Shown here one piece after another: positions 25,460 to 38,264 of a stretch of 64,000 nucleotides of DNA. The stretch is taken from NCBI GenBank assembly GCA_951406725.2, contig OX597820.1:68200001-68264000 (forward strand), in the 5' to 3' direction. The notes below the pieces were generated by a model. The model was not told the DNA's origin, made no database searches, and saw only the letters and a program-made list of their open reading frames with translations. The stretch is from Octopus vulgaris (taxonomy: Eukaryota). Each line of letters opens with the position of its first letter. The stretch's first letter is position 1. Both the position numbers and the translations under genes were made by a program.

Positions 25460-25740
25460 TCCTCAACAGGCCCTGCCCTATTTAACATTGTCCCGAGAGA
25501 GATCAAAGAGGAAAAGGATCCCATCAACTTTAAACAGAGTCTGGATAGATTCCTTCAAAGAATACCAGATAAGCCACCCATAATTGGATACATCTCACCC
25601 AACAAGAACTCACTACTTGAACAAAACTTAACTTAAACAAAACTTGACTTAAACAGGATTCGAATAATCCTATCAGGTGGTGCTATTAAGTTAGACATGG
25701 CCTGGACCAATCTTTGGTCGAAACATATCTAAGTTTATCT
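25460..25740 (+). mobile_element. CR1-group LINE 3' end
   Basis: STGPALFNIVPREIK..INFKQSLDRFLQRIPDKP..GY..NKNSLLEQ resembles the C-terminus of CR1-type ORF2. It is followed by a short UTR with a (tatctaagtt) repeat tail. Confidence 0.7.
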
Positions 25741-26180
25741 AAGTTTATATATATATATGTATTAATGTATGTATGTATGTATGTATGTATGTATGTATGT
25801 ATGTATGTATGTATGTATGTATGTATGTGTGTGTATGTGTGTGTATGTGTATATATATATATGACATTTATTTTATTCATATCGTCCAGAGCTTAAAGTT
25901 AGCGAAGCATAAGTAAAGGAAAGTAACGGATATCACAATATGTAAATAACTGAGAAAGCGGTGACTGAGTTAAAATTTCTACGTTGATAACGAAGTTTTC
26001 GTTATATTGTGGTTGTGCTAACAATAGTCTTAGAACAGACTGCTAACTGTTAACATTGTAGTGACTACACAATAAAAGAATGATAGAAGATACGAGAAAA
26101 GGAGAGAGAGAGAGAGGGGGGTTGACGGAGAGTGAGAGATTAGAGAGACAGTAAAAGAGTGAGAGAGAAAAGGTAGAGGT

Positions 26181-26213
<33 letters not shown>

Positions 26214-27161
26214 TGTGATCGTACTGGGATATATGGATGGAGTGTATGCGTTTGCTGAAGGCGATTAAAACACTACCATCACAGCAGCGCTTCAGTATTT
26301 AACGCTAGTAGGTAGGTGTATCATGTACCGAAGTTTAGATAAGGCGTACATTATACTTGAATACTGTTAACGTGTCAGGTGTGATAATTATCCGCTTCTC
26401 ATACTTTCTGTCCGATTTAAATAAAAGAGAATGAATCGAGTTACAGTAAGTTACTCGGCTTTCGTTTATAAACTACACTCACTGCATGAGGTCTATTCAT
26501 ATATGTGAACATACAGTAGATACTGTTGTGGTTTATTGTCTGCGAATATGTGTTTATTTATTTTTTAATTTTTTCTGGTTGATTTATTTCGACTTCACAC
26601 ACCCATTTCTGGTTGATGGTCGTATAAATACGTTACTACTTTCTCTTTAAATATATATATAGACGAGGCGCTAAACTGTGAGCCTTGAAATATTGTCAAC
26701 TAGCTGTCTTAACTTTACCTTAACGGATTTTCATCCCAACTGAAGCAGGTGAAAAGAGGTTAAGCCAAAAGGCTGGCTACATTGGGTTTGGCTTGCTACA
26801 GACATACATACAACACACACGTACGCACGCACACACACACACACACATACACACACATACTCACACACACAGGCCAAGGAATAGGGATTTGAAATCTAGG
26901 CAAATCCATTTCGCGCACTCTCATATAGAACCTAAAGAGACTTATTCAAAAGAAACACGTGTCGGAATATAACATAAATAAAATATTTCTAATTAAATAA
27001 ATTTTGGTGATATATAACTCTTCATTCTTCACTATAATATCTATCTATCTCCCTACTTTTCTTTTCAAAACCTATAGGACATATTCCATTAGCATTACTT
27101 CTACATATGTATTGTCTTAATGCTGCCATATAATCGTCAGGCCTTCATTTTTATGTGTATA

Positions 27162-27492
27162 TCTATTATATAAAATCCGTTCTGTCTGTCTGTGTGTGTT
27201 TTCTAGGACCCCGAGCATCCTCCATTCAATGGCGCTCAAATTTGAAATGTAGATACCGACGGTATCAGGGCGTGTGTAAGTCTTGAAAAAAATTACAAAA
27301 ATCGATTCCAGGTGAGAATGCTCTCGATAAAGCCATGGGAACGTGCATTTGTACGCGCAAGTACATCAGCTGTTGATATCAGTGTTTCTCAAAGGGGAGG
27401 CCTATGGGACGGTCGAACAAGTTGTTTTGAAAAAATTTGGTTTAAATGTTTGACAACTCAGCACCGTCCATTAGACGGGGAGCGTTTTGCTC

Positions 27493-27493
<1 letters not shown>
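27162..27493 (+). mobile_element. non-autonomous Helitron
   Basis: A|TC-tattatataaaa 5' end with a (ctgt)n tract. A subterminal hairpin ccgtc(catta)gacgg at 27464-27478 lies 11 nt before CTCG|T (degenerate CTAG). AT target, no TSD. Confidence 0.8.
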
Positions 27494-27540
<47 letters not shown>

Positions 27541-27679
27541 TAACTACCTGTGTCGCATGTTTGTTTTCGTCATCGCTCTTTACGTTTACTCACTTATTCC
27601 CAGTAGGTTCTTGCTGCTGCCTCCACCACAATAAACAATCTTATCTTTAAAGGCATCAAGTTGTTATGATTTTTTGACG

Positions 27680-27714
27680 ATAACTGATGAGGGAAGAACA
27701 TCTCCACGTCTTGT
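27680..27714 (+). ncRNA. degenerate hammerhead (GAA lost)
   Basis: ataa-CTGATGA-ggga(agaaca)tctc-c-ACGTC-ttgt. Stems I and II and ACGTC are retained but GAAA is disrupted. Confidence 0.45.
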
Positions 27715-28222
27715 GTGTGAATTTTCTGTGTGTTCCATTGTCGTTCTTCTGTGCAATTCTTAAATTCTATATATGCGTATATATAGCTTTTCAAAAAGTT
27801 ATCACTACGTGATAAAACGTTTTCTTAAACTAAAAATTGATAACCATAAAATATATTTGAGACAAAAAAAAGAAAAACAGACTTACTCGAACCTTTTGGA
27901 AGGTATTTTCGTATTGTGTGTAAGCGCTTTCTGTATATGTTTTTAAAAGCTAAACAGTAAGAGAACTTACGAAAAATAAAACTTCCTTTCAAATGGTGCA
28001 TGTGATTCTGTTTCCTTTTAAATGATTTTTATATAATTAAAAAATTTCCTTTTTAAGAAATCCTTTCGTTGTGCGCGCGCACACACACGCACTCATACAC
28101 ACACACGCTCAAATATATACATGCACACATACACACACACAACTATATATATATGTATGTTTCTTATATATATGTATATATATATATGTTTACATATATA
28201 TATATATGTGTCTGTGCGTATG

Positions 28223-28266
<44 letters not shown>

Positions 28267-28275
28267 GTATATATG

Positions 28276-28331
<56 letters not shown>

Positions 28332-31300
28332 AGAGAGCCACTCGGCCTTCGCTTATAAACCACACACACACACGCGTGCAGATACATACAGGCACACGCA
28401 CACTCACACATTTGTATATATATGTGTGTATATTGTTGCTTTGAAGCGCGGTATCGAGAAATCGCTGAAGATTCTGAGTATTTTAGAGGAATGGGAATAG
28501 GAAAAAAGAAACATTTCTGTAGGTACTTTAGGAATTACTGACTCACATAAATAGAAATACATTTTCCTGAACATTTAAATAAAATTGCGTGTTGAAGTTT
28601 TACAAATAAGTTAGGAAACAATTGGTATGTGTGAGTACTGTCAAGAGAAATAGTTTTAGCATCGTTACTTTTGCTCTTGCTTTTCTTTAATTTAGTAAAT
28701 TTCACATTGTTCCAACTTATATTTAGTGAAACACCTTAAGAAAATCCTGCAACATTTTCGATGTTGATAGCTGTGGGAAATCATAGTAAAGTATTTTTTT
28801 ACTCTAAGACCTAAACGAAATGCATGGTGAAGTCTGTGATATCTTCTTTAACACATCGTGCTTTACGAAACCTTAAATCCATAAGTGATATTCCTGAAAA
28901 AAACAAAAAAAAATAATAATAAAACCAAAAAAAAAAAACAAAAAGAAAGATTAAAAGGAATTAAAATTGTATTTTGTTTTCGATTAAAGAATTGAACTGA
29001 TAACAGTTTAGGAAACAGCTTCATAGCACATTGATTATGAATAATTAAAATAATTAATCCACATTTTTCATAAAGTCAATAGCTGGACATGAAGATAATA
29101 CATTCTTTAGTATTAACAGATATAACTTCATTTTCCTAATTATATTAAAGAATGGTTTGAATTATAAATACACCTCTAATATTAATTAAAATATTAAAAT
29201 TATTATTAATATTATGTAAGATATTTGAATAGTATTTAGAATATTTAAGAGGTTTATAGAAATTTGAAATTAGAAGAAATATAAAAATAAAATGAAATGT
29301 GGTAGTTTGCAGAGGGAGAGGAGAGAGAGAGAGAGGAATAGAGAAAGAGGGAGAGAGAGACAAGAGAGAGAGAGAGAGAGAGAGGGAAAGAGAGAGAGAG
29401 AGCGAGAGGTAGAGAAAAAGAATAAGAGAGAATGGGATAGAGAGACGAGAATGAAATAATATATATAGTATAAAACATTCATATACAAATAGTTTCAGAA
29501 AACAAGAACATAATATTACAAACAGAAGTAGTTTCCTCTATAATACATATTTTGAAAGATTTAACAGAGCCTAATTCTCAATAGTTTTTTCCAATGCAAT
29601 TTTCGCTGTAATTCTATTTGGATTTATTTAAAATATTCAGCTCCCATAATATCAAATGAAATGTATGAATCGTTGTATAAATCGAATTATCTGCTATACC
29701 AGAATTAGTTTTAAACCATTTATCTGTCGTTGTATATTTCTTTTTCTCAATTTGAAAGTGAATCTTACAACTACAGCTTCGTTCTAAAATCCTGTTATTC
29801 AGATTTCTGGTTTAGAAATAAAAACTACAGATTTACGAGTTCGACGGCAGCTACAACAATTCCTTAACTTTGGTGAAGCGATAGCGTGGTTCAAATAAAC
29901 TGGGATGTAGTAAAAACGAAACTGAATATTGTGATTATAGACATGAATTGCATACAATTAACTTTCAGTTTCTCTCGTTTTTTTTTAATCCACAACCTAA
30001 CATTATATCATATGTTTGCATACTGTAAATGCCAAGAAGATACTTTTAGCAGCCATTTAACCTAAGATTGTATTTTGATCTGATTATATTGACTAAAGAA
30101 CTTTCATATGAAAACCATTTATGAATACGGTCTTTTTCTTGTTGAAATAAATGTTATCAAGACATCAAAGTTATATTGATAGTTAAAGGTCATTTTTTTC
30201 CTCATTTTTTTCGACGATTTATAAAGATGAGTCACTGAAGTAGTTAAGTACATAGACTATCATTTTCTACATATAAGAGGTCAGTTAAAGCTAAGATTGT
30301 TAAATATCTTTTAATTAACAATTTCATTAAAATAGAGGGCCAGTTTCTGGTCTCTATTTTCCGCTTTCACAATAGAGCTAAATTATTATCGAAGAAAGGT
30401 AGAACTTTATGACCTAGTTTTATATTCTTGTCTAGATCTACTTCAAAATATTTTTGCTGTTTTTTGCTCTTAAATACAGCATCAGTATCGTATGATTTTT
30501 CAAAAAAGAAAAAAAAAAAAAGAAGTCTTATACCTTTTCCCGACGACTCGGAAAACATATTTAGTGGCGAAACTGTAAAGTAGAAGTGAATTCTGGATCA
30601 GGGTTGTAGAACTGAAGACAAGCACTCTAGTTTAAAATAAAACGTAGACAAGCCTCTTAAAACCCACGTGAAAGAGATAATTTAAGCCTTAAGGCAAAAA
30701 ATAACCCCACCAAAACTAAGTCATATATATACCTATAAATTTGCAAAATCAAAGATTCATATGCTTGGATAATGCGAATGCTCCTTCATTTCCCTTGCTA
30801 CAGATTATTCCGTGCCTCGAAAATGTGATATCCTGGACAAGAGTTTACATCTACTTTAAACTACATTTCACTGTTGTAAGTTTTCGTCTTCAATTATAAA
30901 ATAATGCTTTAAGAATTAACTTGAACGTCTCACGGTAATTTCTTTTCCACCTCAGCACCTAATTACCGAAATCCTACAGCAACAACAGTTTTGCATCTCA
31001 ATTTCATGAAATAAAATTGTTATGTAAAAAAGACTCTAAAATACTTAGGTCTTTTATCAGAATGCCCCAAAACAACCAGGCAGTCAAGAAATTTATCACA
31101 AGCTCAAGAAATCTAAATTAAGAATCATTGGACCGTTGAAGGCGAGTATTTGCACTAGAGATTTTATTGATTCTGAATAAATGAGACGCTAAATCACTCC
31201 AGATAGGTTTTAAATATAGATTAGCTGATTACTGAATTCAAATACATGTCGTGGACATGTTTCGCTGTTTTCATTGTTCGATTATTTAGAAGTAAAGGTG

Positions 31301-31847
31301 ATTTCTAAATTAAGCACACTACCAGATACTTCTGCATAAGGTTACAATCGGTTATATGAACTCTTATGCTTTGTTGAGTCTTACTTTATTGACACCGGAG
31401 GGATTTTACAGAAAAAGTAACTCATTGGGATATGAAGTCAACAGTAAAGAGACAAAGTTTACTGGCACAAAACATTTTATATTCAGAAATACCAGACGTA
31501 AAAATTACCTGAGAAATTTGTTCCAGGTACATGGGAAAAACTGGCGTTGTATATGAACATAGATCTTGCTGTACATAACTATCGGGAATAATTTGTCTAT
31601 TATATTGAATTTTTTCAGCGATATTAATTGAGAGAAGTTTTCATCTAAAACCTGTTTAACATCACAGAACTAAAGTTGTGTTTAAATCACAATTTTAGTT
31701 CTATGATGTTTATATCACTGCATCATGAAACTTCTCACACCACACGGCAATACTACATTTGCCATAATTTAAATACTGTTCAAATATCTTATTACATAAA
31801 TAAAATTTAATATAATGAAAAAAATATATTACTCAGTACCAATTTAT

Positions 31848-32189
31848 TAAACTCTTAAGGAAAAGTTTAGCAGCGACTTCGAAGTATAGGCTTGTTCGTC
31901 CTCGTCGGGGTGTATTACGCTTGGGATCTGTTTGGCTTTATATAGTCTTTTGGGTAGGATGATGAAGGTGGGGCCATGTAAAATGATAATTTCAAATAGC
32001 CCCACCTTCACTCATCTATATCACCGACCTAGGTAGGTCGGTGATGTGAGTAGAAAGGGAATACTTTTATTTTGTCATCAATTTTTAGGTCGGTGATGAT
32101 TATGTCATTTGAAGTATAGTATAATTTCTCGAAGGCGAGCAAACCGAAGCTTCGAAGTCTCAGTCAATCTTTTCCTTGTAAAAGTCTAG
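31848..32189. mobile_element. unclassified MITE-like element with ~60-bp degenerate TIRs and internal palindromes
   Basis: The left end aaactcttaaggaaaagtttagcagcgacttcgaag... matches the reverse complement of the right end, agacttttacaaggaaaaagattgactgagacttcgaag. Perfect 12-bp stems at 31963-31974/31999-32010 and 32020-32031/32034-32045. Confidence 0.7.
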
Positions 32190-32694
32190 TTTATATATAT
32201 GAAACACTGTTTATGTACATATCTGAGTACACGTAAAATTTTCATATTTTAGATATTTTTAGATATTTAAGATATTTTCGAAAAAACAAAAAGAAAAGTT
32301 ATTTTTCAAACGCCATGGGACATACCTCGAAGCGAAAAAACAAAGGAATGCTGCATTTGTCCATTTTCTTGGCTCTGGGCTGCTATAATTTTCTTTTATC
32401 TCAGCCAAATTCCTTATAGGGTGATGTATATTAGCTTCGGGGTAGTAAGAATTTCCTATGCTTTTTCCTTACAAGCAAAGAATGCCTGTTGGGGATTCGT
32501 AATTTCATATTCTCTATTTTGTTGATATAATTATGGATTCTTCTCAAGCTATAAAGAGAACTCGATTTGCTATTTGCTTTGTGTGCATTTCTTTGATGAA
32601 GAAAAGTGGAACGAAACAATATCGGTAATGTGGAAGTGATTTTTCAATCGGATCAACTGCTTTTCGCGTTGGTAGATTCTAATAAATAAATGAA

Positions 32695-32754
<60 letters not shown>

Positions 32755-32938
32755 GTGATAAAAATAATGGTAACAATAATGATAATAATAATAATCATAA
32801 CAATAACGATCATAAAACAACAAAGATACCTTTCTATCTTTTCATTTAATTATCTATTATTTTGCGACATAGTATAAAGTTTTCTTTAATAGAGATATTG
32901 AATATCCTTCCCACTTATTATTGTTATTATTATTATTA

Positions 32939-32999
<61 letters not shown>

Positions 33000-33152
33000 C
33001 ATCATCATCACCATCGTCCTCATCATCATTATTATAGTTGTTGTTGTTGTTGTTGATGTTGTTGCTATCATTATTGTTTTTTGAAACAATAATAATAACG
33101 AATATATTGCTGTCCATTATCACTGCTGTTGCTGCTGTTGTTATCCTTATCC

Positions 33153-33202
<50 letters not shown>

Positions 33203-33749
33203 TGTAGTAGTAGTAGCAGTTGTCTTAGAAATAGAGGTAGAAATAGCAGTAGTAACCATCACATCACATCGCATCTCAGATATATCAAAACGGGACATTT
33301 CTCAGTATTATTGTCTAACGTTTAAATTGGACCCAGAATTGAATATATATGTTTAAACAATCGATGTGATATGCCTCCGGAATTCTCATTCCCCGAGGGT
33401 GAAATTTCAATGATAGCTAATCTGCTTTTGGCGGGCGAATTGAATTGATAAATACTTTTGCATCATCCCTTTCCTTATTCAAGAAGCAATTGGTTAAATA
33501 TATTTTTTTATTTTCTTTCATTTTTTTGTTGTTTTGGAGGTGGGCGGTAAATAAGCATTTATCTTCAGCTGGAAGGACACATGAGAGAACAAATACTCAA
33601 TATATGAAACTAATGAATCATTCTGACGCTACTCAGAGTTTGTCAGTATGTGCGAAACTTGGGATATTTTGGCGACTGGAGAATTACATACATTCGCGCC
33701 CATATACATATATATTTATACACACACGTATACACAGACAGACAGACAG

Positions 33750-33806
<57 letters not shown>

Positions 33807-34907
33807 TACACACACACACACACACACACACTCACACACACATTCCCCGCTCTGCGCTAGCGATAAAAACAAGAGTGAATACTGCACCAAAAGACCAATA
33901 TCAGAGGTTCTTTCATGGTAACTACAACAGTGTAGTTTACTCTAATAGGACATTCACGTTTAAATGGGGGATAAATATTAATTCTTAATACAAACACACA
34001 CAGACACACAGACACACGCACACACACACAAACACATGTCTATACATGTATGTATGCTTTTCAGTTTTATTTCAAGATTTCTTGCCAATAGAGAGAGAGC
34101 CGGTTTCTAACCTAGACCCAAGGAATTTCAACATCAACAAAGGCCATTTTTGCATGTATGTATGTATGTATGTATGTATGTATGTATGTATGTATGTATG
34201 TATGTATGTATGTATGTATGTATGTACGTGTGTATGTATGTAAGTACACTGTGTAGTAAGATTTTCAACATGTAGTACCAAGAGAGTAACGATATAATAG
34301 AAACCACAAAAAGCCTTGTGAAACGCAGTTAGCCAGAGTTTCTGGCCGATATATCAATTTATTTCGACGTGAATCGAACTGTAAAAAAAAAGCAAGATGA
34401 TTTAGTAACTGCTTTCCGTGCAATCGACGTTTGAATGAGCATTAAGAAAAAGACAGAGAGAATCATAGGAGATATAATTAAATTCATAGAAAATATAACC
34501 AGTTCCTTGCGGATATCAAAATTGTTTAAACCAATACTTTACGCTATTTCCACTATGATATATTTTTTAAAATGTGGATATATAAAAATCTTGCTCTTAG
34601 TATTAACACTGTTTCTGAAGTCGTATAGAAGATATAGTTTTCAAATGAGTGTAGGGAACATCTTTTGATTCGTTATTACAGGCTTTGGTCTCAGAAAAGA
34701 TCTTTCATTTGATGTTGTAGCTGACGTTCTCGTCCCAAAGTTTCCAGACTAATGACGAGAGGATCGTTGTTTGTCTCTTCTTTGGGTGTTTAATTGTAGA
34801 AAAATGGTTGTTGCATCTGGATTTTAAAACTTTATAATATATATTGAGTATTTATTTTGTCATGTGTCCTTCCAAGCGAATATAAATAGTTATTTACCAG
34901 CAAAACA

Positions 34908-35300
34908 TTGAAATGGAATCAAATTGATATCCCTATAATCTTATATATATGTATGGACTTACGTAAAGCAAATGAAAGCTATATTGTGATTGAAGAGCTC
35001 TCGTCTGTCTCGCATCTATCTTTGATAGTTGATATTGCAATCAGTCCTATAATTGTAGCGAAGTATCTTAAATATGAACTTCAAAAAGAAAAAAAAAGTA
35101 TAGTAAATAATTTGTACGTTGATAACCAAATAATTATCATCATAATGCAGATGTTGCATAGCAACAGGCTAAGACTGCTGAGCAGATCTCAGGCCAAAAA
35201 TCTAGAGAATTTCATATATAGAAATGTATTATATAAGAAGTCTCTTTCCTTTTCAAGATGATATGATGCAATTTCAGACAAATTTAATAACTAGTTCTAA
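34908..35300 (+). pseudogene. possible BEL/Pao LTR-retrotransposon RT relic
   Basis: SPIIVAKYLKYEL...IVNNLYVDN resembles the BEL/Pao RT segment SPF....I..NLYVD(N/D). Very degraded. Confidence 0.45.
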
Positions 35301-36014
35301 GAGTATTCAACCCGTAGAATTCTTCTCAATTCATTACAATGTAGCTTTAATTCTCTCTTCAGTATATTCCGATATATCAAATATATGCATAATATAACAT
35401 GAACAGCTTATAGTACAGTGTATATATAGATATTCATCAATATATACTAAATGTATATTGCATAATATAAAATATATTGTATAATAAGCAATATATGATA
35501 ATATATAACAACATATATAGCGTGTTATGTAACACAAAAACCATAATATATAATACAATATATACTGTTAAACTTCATATCATATATTCCACCAAAATGT
35601 ATTGTATGTACGTTATATATTATGCAACCTATCCTTCAAAGATTATATAATATAGCATAAGCAGTATAAACCATTATATAACATAGACTTCGCAATACAT
35701 TTTACTATTGGTAATATATTCATCCAAATGTGTAACAGTTACACACATATATAATACATTATAAATAATCATTACAATATGTGATGTTATATATTGCAGC
35801 ACAAAATTTAATACAATTTATTCATCAAATCTATATAGCATGTATGTAACAATGCGTCATATAACATATCCACTTAATAATATATACAGATAATAATATA
35901 TTATGTAACGTAAGCATTATAATTTTAAAAATAACATAATAGCATATATTCTCGTTATACGTTATTTATCATAATACTTATTCATAATAAATTATAAAAT
36001 ATGCATCATATATA

Positions 36015-36230
36015 TAGTTATCCCTCGCCTTTTCGCGGTTCACCTATCGCGGTTTATTATTTAAGCTTAAGTCGATTCCTCCGTGGTGTTGCTTTGCATT
36101 TATAATAAAATAAATATATACAAATTATAAAAATGATTAAAAAAAGTACAGTACTATTTCTGCTTCGCAGATTTTCACCTATCGCGTGGGTTTTTGGAAC
36201 TTAACATCCGCAATAGTCGAGGTATTATTG
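36015..36230. mobile_element. pogo/Tigger-like MITE
   Basis: TA-tagttatccctcgccttttcgcgg ... ccgcaatagtcgaggtattattg-TA gives ~24-bp TIRs with a TA target. ttcacctatcgcg is repeated internally. Confidence 0.78.
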
Positions 36231-36254
36231 TAGTATATATATAAATAGTTAACA

Positions 36255-36605
36255 TAGGTGCAGGAGTAGCTGTATGGTAAGTAGCTTGCTTTCCAATAAC
36301 ATGGTTCCGGGTTCTGTCCCACCGTGTGGCACCTTGGGCAAGTGTCTTTTACTATAGTCTAGGGCCGACCAAAGCCTTGTGAGTGGATTTGGTAGACGGA
36401 AACTGAAAGAAGCCCGTCGAATATATCTATATATATATATATGTGTCTGTGTGTGTATTTCCCCCCACCATCGCTTGACTACCGATGTTGGTGTGTTCAC
36501 GTCCCCGTAGTAGGCTTGCAAAGAATAAGTCCTGGAGTCGATTTCTTCGACTAAAGGCGGTGCTCCAGCATGGCCGCAGTCAAATAACTGACACAAATAA
36601 AAGAT
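36255..36605 (+). mobile_element. SINE family A with internal deletion
   Basis: aggtgcaggagtagctgtatggtaagtagc head through ggcggtgctccagcatggccgcagtcaaa tail. Confidence 0.9.
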
Positions 36606-36922
36606 TAGCATTTACAGATTAATATATTATATACGTTACTATACTTTCAATTATATTTTTTTCAATTTTGCAATATTTTAATGTAGTTTATTGTATAAAG
36701 AATACAATACGAATTTATAACAAAGGAATATGGCAACTACATGCTCAGTAAGAAAGGTTAACTGTCCAAGAATATACCAATCTCTATAATTGTTCGAAAT
36801 ATCACTACCTCATTCTATGAACATTGAATAAACGGTTAAGTCCATCTAATCGGGATTCAAACTAAAAACACGAACGGACAGAAGAATACCGACGGTGTTC
36901 TAACATATCATATTCTATTTCA

Positions 36923-36978
<56 letters not shown>

Positions 36979-37009
36979 ATGTGTGTGTATGAGTGTGTGT
37001 ATGTGTGTG

Positions 37010-37321
37010 AAGGCACGTGGTTTAGTGGTTACAGTATTCGGCTCGTGATCGTAATGTCGAGAGTTCAATTCTCAGTGGTGCCTTTTTCTTCCTTGAACAA
37101 GACACTTTATTTCACGTTGCTTCAGTTCACTCAGCTGGCAAAAATGAGTAAAGCCTGTATTTAAAAATGGGCCAGCCTTGTCACACTCTGTGTCACACTG
37201 AATTTTCCTGAGAACTGTGTTAAGGATACAGGTGTCTGTGAAGTGCACGGTAATTTCTCGAGCAGATTGTTCCGTTGATCGGAACAACTGGAACTCTCGT
37301 CGTCGTAACCGACGGAGGGTC
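37010..37321 (+). mobile_element. tRNA-derived SINE family C
   Basis: gaaggcacgtggtttagtggtta (A-box-like), gagttcaattctc (B-box-like) and a CORE-like ccttgaacaagacactttatttcacgttgc, between (TG)n and (TA)n tracts. Confidence 0.8.
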
Positions 37322-37389
37322 AGTTATATATATATAGTCCTATGACATATTGCATAATACATACGTACCAGATATACGAAAATGCATGC

Positions 37390-37432
<43 letters not shown>

Positions 37433-37735
37433 ATATAAATATGTGTGTGTATGTGTATATATAATATATCCTCCTTTAACGGCCGAAAGGGATAACACAA
37501 TATGGTCATTACATCAGCTCACCAATGTACTACGGGTGTAACTGTGTAGAAACAATGTAGTGGTTTGATTTAAAGAATGTGTTCATTTCATTGTCTCTTA
37601 TTCATCACTAGATATATAATAGTATGGGTTTTATGGAATTCTAGAGGAGTCTGACTGAACGATGACATCCAATAATCAATTACTGTGGAGAAGCTTTGCA
37701 TAGCTTTCTACCCAACATATATATGCATGTATATA

Positions 37736-38072
37736 GTCGCAGGGGTGGCTGTGTTGTAAAAAGCTTGCTTCCCAACCACATGGTTCTGGATCCAGTCCCA
37801 CTGCGTGACACCTTGGGCAGGTGTATTCTACTATACACTCCGGCCGATCAAAGTGAGTGGATTTGGTAGACGGTGCACCCATCATCGCTTGACAACCGAT
37901 GTTGGTGTGTTTAAGTTCACAAAACTTAGCGGTCTGGAAAAAAGAGACGATAGAATAAGTGCTAGGCTTACAAAGAATAAGTCCTGGGGTTGATTTGTTC
38001 GGCTAAAGGTGGTGCTCCAGCATGGCCGCAGTCAAAATGACTGAAACAGTTAAAAGCATAAAAGAATTAAAG
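37736..38072 (+). mobile_element. SINE family A
   Basis: gtcgcaggggtggctgtgttgtaaaaagcttgc head through aaatgactgaaacagttaaaag tail. The internal microsatellite is deleted. Confidence 0.88.
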
Positions 38073-38222
38073 ATTTTATATACATATATATACGTATATA
38101 TAATGTTTTATAAAGCATATGTGTGTGTTTGTGTATGCGTTGTGTGTTGTTTTTGAAACTGAATAAGCCACAATGGTGGATGTCTTGTTTTTAAATTTTC
38201 ACACAGATATAAACGTGTGTCT

Positions 38223-38264
<42 letters not shown>

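Noticed and set aside
25695-25735. Hammerhead at the CR1-like tail (gacc...ggtcGAAAC)
   Set aside because: There is no CUGANGA core upstream. It is more likely the ordinary 3' UTR stem-loop of the LINE.
26760-26796. miRNA hairpin (aagccaaa/tttggctt)
   Set aside because: The stem is only about 8-9 bp, far too short for a pre-miRNA.
35340-36010. Structured satellite
   Set aside because: It is degenerate AT-rich low-complexity sequence without a consistent period.
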